From assembly GCA_905233725.1 (NCBI GenBank), contig CAJOEM010000001.1, positions 2,772 to 66,771 on the forward strand: 64,000 bases of DNA, read 5' to 3'. Source of the stretch: an uncultured Synergistales bacterium (GTDB taxonomy: Bacteria > Synergistota > Synergistia > Synergistales > Aminobacteriaceae). The position numbers and the translations under genes were made by a program. Shown here in pieces: positions 27,215 through 36,600 of the stretch. Numbering within the stretch: the first letter of the stretch is position 1; each line of letters begins with the position of its first letter. The notes beneath the pieces are model-generated. The model ran no database searches and was not told the DNA's origin. It saw only the letters and a program-made list of their open reading frames with translations.

Positions 27215-27924
27215 TTTACAAATTTTTTCGACATTTTTGACAATAGCAAGATCGACAAGTATGCGTGAATATTTTCCAGAGCAGCTTCCCCGTGAAAAAT
27301 TTTCTCGTTCGGCAATCCAGCGTAATCTACTCGCGAAATTTCCCAGAGTTCCGGATTGATTATCTCGCGAATGTTTCCCAGAGCCGTCGGTTTGTAAATC
27401 GCAACACAATCCGAATTTTCCAGAACACGCGCAATTTTTGAAACTTCAGCAGTCCCCGGAATAATTGCCAAGATCTCGTCACCAGCAGCCAAGAATTTTC
27501 TCGCACACGCAGCCGCAACTGAATGAGCCGAAATCCCAGGAATTAATCTTAATTCGAAATCCAGATTCAAATCCCGCAAACTTTCGCACAAATATTTTCC
27601 GGTCGAGTACAGACTTGAATCGCCAATCACAGCAAAGAAAATTTCACTCGCAACTTGCAATTCATGGCGCAAATTCTCGAGTTGAGACTTGATCAGCGAG
27701 TTTCGTTCGGAAATGTCCAGAATCATCGGGAACGTTAGCGTGTGATATTTCAGCTCCGGAACATGCGCAAGAATTATTTTCTCAGCAACGCCGCTTTTCT
27801 CAGGATTAGCTCTCGGCAGCAAGACCAAATCCGATCTTTTCGCCGAATTCACAGCTGCAAAACTCACGAGTTCAGGATTGCCAGTTCCAAGTCCAGCGAT
27901 TGTTAATATTTTTGCTTTTCCCAT
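27202..27924 (-). CDS. cbiL: Precorrin-2 / cobalt-factor II C20-methyltransferase (tetrapyrrole methylase family, CbiL/CobI-like)
   Basis: ILTIAGLGTGNPELVSFAAV, VIGDSSLYST, IPGISAHSVAAA and LAIIPGT, in the order expected for CbiL. Confidence 0.7.
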   Translation of the reverse strand: MGKAKILTIAGLGTGNPELVSFAAVNSAKRSDLVLLPRANPEKSGVAEKIILAHVPELKYHTLTFPMILDISERNSLIKSQLENLRHELQVASEIFFAVIGDSSLYSTGKYLCESLRDLNLDFELRLIPGISAHSVAAACARKFLAAGDEILAIIPGTAEVSKIARVLENSDCVAIYKPTALGNIREIINPELWEISRVDYAGLPNEKIFHGEAALENIHAYLSILLLSKMSKKFVKCLD

Positions 27925-28008
27925 AATCTACACCACCTGCAATTTTTCCCGTATAATATCAGATATTGTTTTATTATTTTGAATCACGAATTTTAATCAT
28001 AAAGGAGT

Positions 28009-28416
28009 GTGTTTGATTTGATAACGATATTCGTATTCATTGCGTTGACGATATTCCTGTTCGGCTTGTATCAGTGGGCACGAGGCGGTGCGACGCTGTG
28101 GCAGATTTTCCAGCTCAAACGCTCTGAGAAAGGCTTGTCACGTGATGAGCGTAAAAAACTTGAGAACCAGGTTCAGCAACTCGAACGTGCGACAGATTCG
28201 ATTTTGCGAACGAGTTTCAGGTTGGTAGCATTTTTGGCGGTGTTTCTGTGGGCGGTTTTGGGAGTTACGATTGTGCTTGACATGATGGGCATTGATTGGG
28301 TTGGCAGATTGACGACGAAGGCTCAGCAATACTGGTCGCAGAATCAGGAAAATACAAGTCTGACTCAGAATCGCTCGAATATGTTGCGCAACATGGGCAA
28401 TAATTTGCGGAAATAA
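28009..28416 (+). CDS. Small two-TM membrane protein with a charged coiled-coil loop, function unknown
   Basis: The ORF has two hydrophobic helices flanking KRSEKGLSRDERKKLENQVQQLER. It is first in a same-strand gene string. Confidence 0.35.
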   Translation: MFDLITIFVFIALTIFLFGLYQWARGGATLWQIFQLKRSEKGLSRDERKKLENQVQQLERATDSILRTSFRLVAFLAVFLWAVLGVTIVLDMMGIDWVGRLTTKAQQYWSQNQENTSLTQNRSNMLRNMGNNLRK

Positions 28417-28496
28417 TATCTTGCAAAACGTTGTAACGAGTGCAAAAATATATTATTCGAGTATTATTCGAAACAGAATAGAGGGGATTTGTAGAT

Positions 28497-29144
28497 TTGA
28501 TTAAGATAATGATTTTCGACCACGACATGACAATCGTAGACTCGAGTTACGCAATCATGGAAGGCTTCAATTCCGTTGCGCGCCACGAAGGATTGCCCGA
28601 AGTCGATCACGATAAAGTCATGGAATATATCGCGACACCGATTCCGGTTTTTTGCGAGGGTTTGCTCGGTGAATATCGTCCGGAATGGGTCAGGCTTTAC
28701 AGGGAAAACAGCGTTGAAATTGAGAAAAAGCTGATTCGCCCGTTTTACGACACAGTCCCGACAATGAAGAAATTGCACGAAATGGGAATCATTCGCGCGG
28801 TTGCATCAAATCGAGAATTTCCGAGCCGTGCCATGGTTCACAGTGGGATTGCGAAATATTTTGACGTTATCGTCGGAGCTGAAGAACCGTGGGGACATTT
28901 GCCGTACAAGCCTAATCCGGCTATGATTAACGAGATTCTCGAACATTTCAGCATAAATCCTGATGAGGCGGTTTACATCGGAGATTCTGACGTTGATATT
29001 CTCACTGCGACTGCTGCAGACGTTCGCGGCATTGGGATCACGCTGGGGAATTTTGACGCGCAGGATTTCAAGAAGCTCGGAGCCTGGAAATGTGTGAATA
29101 ATCTGAGTGAACTCGTGAAAATTGCTCAGGACGAGAACGCATAA
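28497..29144 (+). CDS. HAD-superfamily hydrolase (phosphoglycolate-phosphatase-like)
   Basis: Motif I FDHDMT (DxDxT), motif II ASNR (S/T), and motif IV GDSDVD. Confidence 0.75.
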   Translation: MIKIMIFDHDMTIVDSSYAIMEGFNSVARHEGLPEVDHDKVMEYIATPIPVFCEGLLGEYRPEWVRLYRENSVEIEKKLIRPFYDTVPTMKKLHEMGIIRAVASNREFPSRAMVHSGIAKYFDVIVGAEEPWGHLPYKPNPAMINEILEHFSINPDEAVYIGDSDVDILTATAADVRGIGITLGNFDAQDFKKLGAWKCVNNLSELVKIAQDENA

Positions 29145-29146
29145 AC

Positions 29147-31426
29147 ATGCCTGTAAATAATTTCGCCAGCAATCTAATAAGCGAAACCAGCCCGCTCGCA
29201 GCATACGGAGAATATTCGGAAGAAAACAGTGTAGCAAAATCTCGTCAGGTTATCGTGCCTGTAAATCATTTAGCAGGTTCGATCAGCCCGCATTTGTTGC
29301 AGCACGTGAATAATCCTGTCGGCTGGTATCCGTGGTGTCAGGAAGCTTTCGAAGTCGCAAAACGTGAGGATAAGCCGGTGTTCCTGTCGATTGGCTATTC
29401 GTCGTCGCATTGGTGTCACGTCATGGAGCGAGACTGCTTTCGTGATCAGGAAGTTGCGCAATTAATGAACGACGCGTGTGTTCCGGTGAAAATTGACGCT
29501 TCAGAACGCCCGGATTTAGACGCGCTATTCATGGAAGTTTGCAAATTACAGAATGGAAGCGCAGGTCACCCGTTGAGCATATTCTTGACACCTGAGGGAT
29601 TGCCGTTTTTCTCGACTACTTGGCTGCCGAAACGAACCGCTGGACAGATGCCCGGCATAACGGATATTATTCCAAGAGTGAAATGGCTCTGGTTAATGCA
29701 ACACGATGATATTGACCGAGCTGCGAAAGAATTATCGACAATGATTTCCGAGCGTGTGAAAAATATCTCGGGTTCAAAAGTCGGCACGAAGATCAAGAGA
29801 TTTTCTGCTCGTGAAGCGTTCGAGAATTTGCGCAAGAATTTCGATGTTCGATGGGGCGGTTTTGGGATTGCGCCGAAATTTCCGGATTATGTGAAATTGC
29901 TTTTTCTGCTGAAATATGCTGACGAGAATAAAGACTCGTGGTTTCATTCGACGGGTCAGGAGCGTTACGATGCTTTCACGATGATTGACATAACGCTGCG
30001 TAGAATGTGGCGCGGTGGCATTCATGATCATTTGGGCGGAGGTTTTTCGAGATACTCGACTGATGAACGATGGCTTGTGCCGCATTTCGAGAAATTTCTG
30101 AGTGATCAGGCTATGATGTTATTTACGGCTGCGTTGGCTCAGGAGTTAAAGCAAAATGCCTTTTACAAGTTATTGGCGGAAGACATAGTTTTTGCAGTTA
30201 CGCGGGATTTTTGTGATTCGGATTCGCATTCACAGGGCTTCAGGAGCGCGATTGATGCTGACACGATTGAAGGCGAGGGGCGCTATTATCTTTGGACAGA
30301 GGACGAGATCAAAGCTGTTTTGCCTGAAGGTGACGTTGGATTATTCTGCGCGGCGTATGCAGTCTTACCCAGCGGAAATTTTGGCAATGAAGTTGCTGGC
30401 TCTCAGTTAAGTTATAATATTTTATACGAGGCTTCAACTGTGACGGAACTTGCACGGCGGCATAATATCAAAGGTGCGGAAGTCGGCGTGAGATTGTCAG
30501 CTTGCCGGAAATTATTGCTTGATGCGCGTGACAGGCGACCAGCTCCGATGTATGACGATCAAGTTCTGATGGATTGGAACGGCTTAATGATCGGCGCGTT
30601 GGCGAGAGCTTCAGTTGCGTTTGAGAATCCGGATTGGCGAGCGATGGCTGAACGAACGGCGCTGTTTTTGCAGAAGGTATTATATGACTCGAAGGCGAAT
30701 ATCTGGCACAGGCGCTGGCGTTTGGGAAAATCTGGCGTAGATGCGCTCGCTCAGGATCATGCGGCGTTGCTCTGGGGCGTTATGGAACTGTACAAAGCCT
30801 CGAACTCAGCTGGAGCAGGTGAGAAGCAGTTGAACGACTGGCTCAAGTACGCGCAGAATTTGGCGGATAATTTGCTCGAAAAATTCTGGGACGAGAAATC
30901 CGGCGGGCTTTTCGCGACGTATGCGAATGAACAGAACGTTTTCCTGAGATACAAGTCTGCGATTGATGTCGCGATTCCCTCGGCAAATTCTCTGGCAGTG
31001 ATTGCTCTGAACGAACTTGCGCAAGTTCTGAACCAGAAGCTCGAAACGTCCGAGAATGCGAAGAAATACGCCGATTACGCGAAGAAAATTCTGGATTGTT
31101 TCTCTCGGGAATTGACGGAAAATCCTGGTGAATATTTGTCGCTGATAGTTGCAAATTCGCTATGGAAACCGTTCAAGCAAAAACAAGAGCCGAAACCCGC
31201 AAAGATTCTCACGGACGAGGAATTGAATCGTGAGGAAGAATTTGAAATTACGAATCCGGAATCTCAAGCCCAAGTTCAGCCGGAACGCGAATCACGACGC
31301 GCAAGGTCTTCACGACGAGCAAATTCTGAGAGCAGATCGCCTTCGGATAGATCAGAAAGATCAGATAGACCGGAGAGACCGGAACGCAGAACGAGATCAC
31401 CGCGCAGAAGTTCACGTGCGAGATAA
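29147..31426 (+). CDS. YyaL/DUF255 thioredoxin-domain protein with an (alpha/alpha)6 epimerase-like domain and an Arg/Ser/Glu-rich C-terminal tail
   Basis: NPVGWYPWCQEAFEVAKREDKPVFLSIGYSSSHWCHVMERDCF is the DUF255 signature, with SHWC where I recall CHWC. The tail is ...ESRRARSSRRANSESRSPSDRSERSDRPERPERRTRSPRRSSRAR. Confidence 0.72.
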   Translation: MPVNNFASNLISETSPLAAYGEYSEENSVAKSRQVIVPVNHLAGSISPHLLQHVNNPVGWYPWCQEAFEVAKREDKPVFLSIGYSSSHWCHVMERDCFRDQEVAQLMNDACVPVKIDASERPDLDALFMEVCKLQNGSAGHPLSIFLTPEGLPFFSTTWLPKRTAGQMPGITDIIPRVKWLWLMQHDDIDRAAKELSTMISERVKNISGSKVGTKIKRFSAREAFENLRKNFDVRWGGFGIAPKFPDYVKLLFLLKYADENKDSWFHSTGQERYDAFTMIDITLRRMWRGGIHDHLGGGFSRYSTDERWLVPHFEKFLSDQAMMLFTAALAQELKQNAFYKLLAEDIVFAVTRDFCDSDSHSQGFRSAIDADTIEGEGRYYLWTEDEIKAVLPEGDVGLFCAAYAVLPSGNFGNEVAGSQLSYNILYEASTVTELARRHNIKGAEVGVRLSACRKLLLDARDRRPAPMYDDQVLMDWNGLMIGALARASVAFENPDWRAMAERTALFLQKVLYDSKANIWHRRWRLGKSGVDALAQDHAALLWGVMELYKASNSAGAGEKQLNDWLKYAQNLADNLLEKFWDEKSGGLFATYANEQNVFLRYKSAIDVAIPSANSLAVIALNELAQVLNQKLETSENAKKYADYAKKILDCFSRELTENPGEYLSLIVANSLWKPFKQKQEPKPAKILTDEELNREEEFEITNPESQAQVQPERESRRARSSRRANSESRSPSDRSERSDRPERPERRTRSPRRSSRAR

Positions 31427-31459
31427 TATAGATCATGCGAAAAAAATTTTTAGGAGGTA

Positions 31460-33601
31460 TTGAAGTTGAAGTTTTTTAACAGGGCTGCAAGTGTAATGAT
31501 TATGCTTGCAATTTTTGTGGCGTTGAGTTTTGGCACAGCTGAGGCTCTATACGAGTTTCAGAACGTATACAAGACTGGCGGCCTAAACACTCAATGGATG
31601 GTAACGCGAGGTTCAAGAACAGCCGGAGATAACGTTTTCGAAGATAGCGGCGGCTCATCGACTTTCAACCCGATGGTGATTTCCGGAGATTTGATAAATC
31701 GCGCTAACGTCCGCAGATTGTACGTTTCAGGCGGCAAGGGCGAGAATTCGGATTTGCAGGTCGAGAAAATTTTCCTGGCAATCTCGAAAAACGAACGCAC
31801 TAAAGAAGAACAGAACAAGTTAGCAATAACTTTCTACGCACCACCGACTGATGCCGGAGAACCAGTTACACCCGAAGTGAATGTGGAATGGCGGGATAAT
31901 CGTGATTTCGCGATAATCAAAAATGATATTTCCACTGAAACACCCGTTTTGAACGGCATGACCGGCAGAACGTTCGAGTTCACGTTTAATGGCTACACAG
32001 CTTGGAATTACGGCAGCTACATAGGCAATATAAAGTTCCAGCAATCACCCAGTGAAGAAGGCAACCCGTTGAGAGATTCGCAGACTCAGGAGATCCCGTT
32101 AATCCTGGCATATGTCTACGGACACGAAGCAGATACTCTTGAGCCATTAAGATTCCGGACAATTTTGCGCGATAACGTAACTCAGGAAATCGTCGGCACA
32201 AATAAATTCACGTGGGCAGTTCGTAACGTTGAGAGTGGCGGTGAGGCTGAGAAAATCGTCGGCAAGTTTGATCAGGCTACTAAAGGCAGCGATACTCAGT
32301 GGGTGTTTACGCCCCTGAGAACGATTGACGGTTCAGAAAGTGCGAATCAGTACACGCTCACGACGCGAATTATAAACAGAACTGGTGCGAGATATGACAC
32401 GTACAACAGCTCTGGGAAAAAATCGTATTTAGCGGCCTCGAAATGGTATTTTGACATTACGCCTACAACTGAGTCAACATACAAAGAATTAACGCAGCCG
32501 TTTATACTGGATCAGCGAAGTCATATTGCTCCGGGACTTGCGACGGTTTACGAGACAGCGTTTGATTTATCTCCCGAGCGTATTAACACGGTTATGTGGC
32601 TTGATTGCGTCGATCCGAAAGGCAACGGCGGATTGGGCTTGACGGTGAATTATCGCAACGTTAGCGGCGTGATCATGAATACAGTCGATGGCGATTTGTA
32701 CAACGATGAGTCTGGTCCAGTTCCGTTTAACAGGCTTACGGCATTCATTCACAGACCGATTGACACGAATTTTTTGACTAAAGTAGCTGATGCTGTAAGA
32801 AATGATAACGCTGGTGTACTCAAGACAATCAGAACTCAAACGACACCGGGGAATTTTATAGCTCAGGGCGATATTTCCGGCAACGAGCTGAACTACGACG
32901 AGATAATCCGAGCATTCACGCTCAAGAAAGCTATTCCGTCGAATTTGCGCGGCGATGATTATGAAGCTATGGTTCCGCTGCTTGTTACGTTTAACATTCC
33001 GTTTGGCTACAGGAATACGGGAACATGGGTCAATGACATGCTCTGGTCATGGTACAAGAACGGCGAAGGTGACGATGATCTTGTGAGCTTGTTCCTGCAG
33101 AATTTCAGCGTCGGATTGCTCAGCACGGTCAATGTTGATAATACGCGAAGATACTGCAATTTGCGCGAGGAACTTTCACTTGATGATTACAAAGACCAGA
33201 TTAAAATATTCATGGACGAAGACAGGCACGTAATCACAATCAGCTTTATCATAATGTTAATGGACGGCACGGCAACTCAGGGAAAACCTACGATCAGACT
33301 TGTTGAAGATTCCGGAACTAATCGCAGCAACAAGTTCATGATCGTTCGTGATGGCAAAGCTGACGACGAATGGAACTTGACATTCTACGTAGCACCGGCG
33401 AATTTCCAGCCCGTCGATGAGAATCTTGCTCCTGAAGATAATAACAATCGCGGTTCATGGAGAGACGACGATTACGAGGACGAAGTTGTTTACACAGGCG
33501 GCGGCAATGGCGGCAGCAGTGGTTGTGTCGCAAATTCCGGCTTGAGCTACGTGTTGGTTTTGGGTCTTGCGTTGTATGTCTTGCGCAGAAAAGGAGCATA
33601 A
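31460..33601 (+). CDS. Secreted/surface protein of unknown family with a Synergist-CTERM-like sorting tail
   Basis: Signal peptide (...IMLAIFVALSFGTAEA). No domain I can recognise. C-terminus GGGNGGSSGCVANSGLSYVLVLGLALYVLRRKGA. The likely start is the second TTG at 31466 (8 nt after GGAGG). Confidence 0.6.
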   Translation: MKLKFFNRAASVMIMLAIFVALSFGTAEALYEFQNVYKTGGLNTQWMVTRGSRTAGDNVFEDSGGSSTFNPMVISGDLINRANVRRLYVSGGKGENSDLQVEKIFLAISKNERTKEEQNKLAITFYAPPTDAGEPVTPEVNVEWRDNRDFAIIKNDISTETPVLNGMTGRTFEFTFNGYTAWNYGSYIGNIKFQQSPSEEGNPLRDSQTQEIPLILAYVYGHEADTLEPLRFRTILRDNVTQEIVGTNKFTWAVRNVESGGEAEKIVGKFDQATKGSDTQWVFTPLRTIDGSESANQYTLTTRIINRTGARYDTYNSSGKKSYLAASKWYFDITPTTESTYKELTQPFILDQRSHIAPGLATVYETAFDLSPERINTVMWLDCVDPKGNGGLGLTVNYRNVSGVIMNTVDGDLYNDESGPVPFNRLTAFIHRPIDTNFLTKVADAVRNDNAGVLKTIRTQTTPGNFIAQGDISGNELNYDEIIRAFTLKKAIPSNLRGDDYEAMVPLLVTFNIPFGYRNTGTWVNDMLWSWYKNGEGDDDLVSLFLQNFSVGLLSTVNVDNTRRYCNLREELSLDDYKDQIKIFMDEDRHVITISFIIMLMDGTATQGKPTIRLVEDSGTNRSNKFMIVRDGKADDEWNLTFYVAPANFQPVDENLAPEDNNNRGSWRDDDYEDEVVYTGGGNGGSSGCVANSGLSYVLVLGLALYVLRRKGA

Positions 33602-33602
33602 C

Positions 33603-36600
33603 ATGAGAAAAATATTATTTCTCGCACTGGCTTTTGTTTTGCTGATTGTTTCGAGTGCAAGTGCGTTGGAATTGCCATCGTATTCTGGAACGAGATTGAC
33701 AAGTTCGGATATTAAAGCATACGTTGAGGATTTCTACAACGGAATATCTTTTGACGAAGAGCCTGAGATTGACAGCGAATTTTCTCTGACGGTTGCAGGT
33801 GCAAATATCAATGTTCCAAGTGCGTTGAACATTCCCTGCGATCTCGGAGCGTTCACGATTCATTACAAGATTTTGTCAGAGGACGTTTCAGGCGATGAGA
33901 CAGTTAATACTTACGTCGACACCAGCAAAGAAGTAAACATGATCATGATGCAGCTCGCGCTCGATTCGGGAACTTTCACTAAGGCTAACGGCTCAGATCG
34001 GCATTTTGTCGTGAATAATTCCGGAACACTCACTGTCAACAGCGGCGTTACTTTGGACGGAGGCGGCACTGGCGGAGGGATTAGATATAACGGCGGAAAT
34101 CTGGCTATCGAAGGCGTGACTTTCAACAACAATCACGCAGATAACGGCGGTGCGCTTTATCTTGGTTCCGGGACATCACTCATGCTCAACGGCAGCAACA
34201 CGTTCACGAATAACTCGGCTTCTGAATCAGGTGGAGCAATTTACAACGCTGGGACTCTGACATTCTCTGAGGCGATAACTTTTTCGAAAAACGAGGCTTC
34301 TGGCAATGACGGCGGCGCGATTTACAGTTCTGGAAATTTGACGTTTTCCGGGACAGCAAACTTCGACACGAACAAAGCTAACGGTTCAGGCGGAGGGATT
34401 TATAACGCGAGTACACTTACATTTGCAGATTCAGTTACGTTTAGCATAAACACAGCTTCAGGCGATGGAGGCGCGATTTACAGTTCAGGGATTGTCAGGC
34501 TCGTCGGGACTGATAACAAATTCACGACGAATACTGCGACAAATGGCAGCGGTGGTGCGATATATTACTCGGCAACGGGGTCTCTGGAATTTGGCAGCAA
34601 TTACACGTTCAATGGCAATAATGCGAGTGCCGATGGTGGCGCGGTGTATTCTCAGGTCAATGTGACGGTTAGTGGCGCGAATTTCACCGGAACTGGCAGT
34701 AATGCTCGCGGAGGAGCTGTATATTCAACCAAGACTGTGAACGTATCAAGCGGAAATTTCGTGAGTTTCAACACGTCTGAATCAGGCGGCGCAATTTACG
34801 CGGACGGAGCAGTTAATATCGAAGGCGGAAGTTTTTCGGAATGCACATCGGGGTCAGGTGGCGCTATTTACTCGAACGGACTTGTGACGATTTCGAGCGG
34901 AGATTTTTCTCAGTGTGGAGCGACGAATTTCGGCGGAGTGATTTACGCGAACAGTTCAGCGAAACCAAATCTGAAAATCACGGGCGGAACTTTCACAAAG
35001 GAGACTGCGAATTATGGCGGAGTTGCGTTCTCAGCTAGCGGCGTTGATATAGAGGGCGGAACTTTCGGAGGCTCGAATACTGACAAGAACTCAGCATTGA
35101 ACGGCGCAGTAATTTACGCGTCTGGTGACGTTGATGTTTCGGGCGGAACTTTCGACAGCAATGAGAGCACGGGCAATAATGATTCTGGTTCCGGCGGCGG
35201 AGTTATTTTTGCTGCGGGAGAAATTGGCGTTTCGGGCGGAACTTTCACGAGGAATACAGCTGATTCAGCAAAAGGCGGTGTATTTTACGGATTGTCGAAC
35301 ATAGATATTTCGGGCGGAACTTTCGGCGGCTCAAAAGCTGACAAGAATTCAGCTTCATCAGGCGGCGTAGTTTACTCGGATTCTGATGTTAATATCAGTG
35401 GCGGAGAATTTGTCTCGAACGATGCGACAGGAACTGCAACTCGAAGCGGTGGTGGAGCAATTTACGCTTCTGGCGATGTTTCAATCACAGGTACTCCGAA
35501 TTTTGCGGGAAACTCGTCTTCAAGATACGGCGGTGCAATTTACACGAACGGAGACCTCACGTTGAACGGCAATATAATTTTCGAGGGCAACAAATCCGAG
35601 TCGTACGGTGGAGCGATTTACGCGCTTGGAACTATCAGCGGCAACACGTCGAGTTACTTGCCAATTTTCACTGGTAACGTAGCAGAATCTCGCGGTGGAG
35701 CAATCTACACGGATGCAAATATCACGCTTGAAAACGTATCGTTTGACAATAACAGTTCAAATGAAGGCGGCGGTGGTGCAGTTTACACGTCTAAGAAAGC
35801 TACATTCACAAATTCTACTTTCACGAACAATATTGCAGCAGGTGATGACGCGCGTGGAGGAGCAATTTTCGCAGACGGCAGCGTTTCTATAACAAGTTCT
35901 ACACTTACGAACAATTCAGCAATCAGTGACGGTGGCGCTATTCACACTGGCCTTGATGGTACAAGTTCAATCACGAAATCAGTTTTCAAGAATAATATCG
36001 CAAGTGAGACAGGCATCGGCAGCGGTGGAGCAATTTATCTTGACAACTCGAATCCTCAGCATAATTTCACGATCACAGACAGCATTTTCCTGAATAATCG
36101 CGCTCAAGCTCAGGGTGGTGCGTTACGAATCGACGGAAATTCTGTCACGATTACACGCTGCTATTTCTACGAGAACCAGAGTGATTCGGCTATGAATGGC
36201 GGTGCTGCGTACTTGGCTGCTGCAAAAATCGTTGTCGTAAATTCCACGTTCTACAAGAATACTACGCTTGGCGGTGATGGTGGAGCATTGTATCTTGATG
36301 ACCTGTCGGACCCGGGTGACGCTACGACTTCAGCGGCACTCCTGGTGAACACGTTCGTTGGGAATAATTGCGGAGCTGGCAGAGGCGGTGCGCTTTATGT
36401 TACACGAGAGAACGAGACTGAGATGTTCGGAAATTTGCTTGTTGGCAACGAAGCCCCTGAACGTTCAGGCAAAGACGTTTTTGTCGAACAGGGCAAACGC
36501 ATCAGAAGCCGCGGCTATAATATTTTGACTAACATCGGAGTTTTGACGAGTGGCTCAGCAAGTACGGTCAACTGGAAAAATACATCGTTCGTAATCGGAA

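Noticed and set aside
27215-27409. 5' extension of the membrane-protein ORF (start at 27409)
   Set aside because: It would overlap the 3' end of the cbiL-like gene by >200 nt. It encodes hydrophilic, Arg/Ser-rich sequence unlike the rest of the protein.
33567-33602. N-terminal extension (MRCMSCAEKEHN) of the giant surface protein
   Set aside because: The ATG at 33603 gives a canonical signal peptide, is preceded by AAGGAG, and follows the upstream stop by 1 nt. The extension would overlap the upstream gene's sorting tail.
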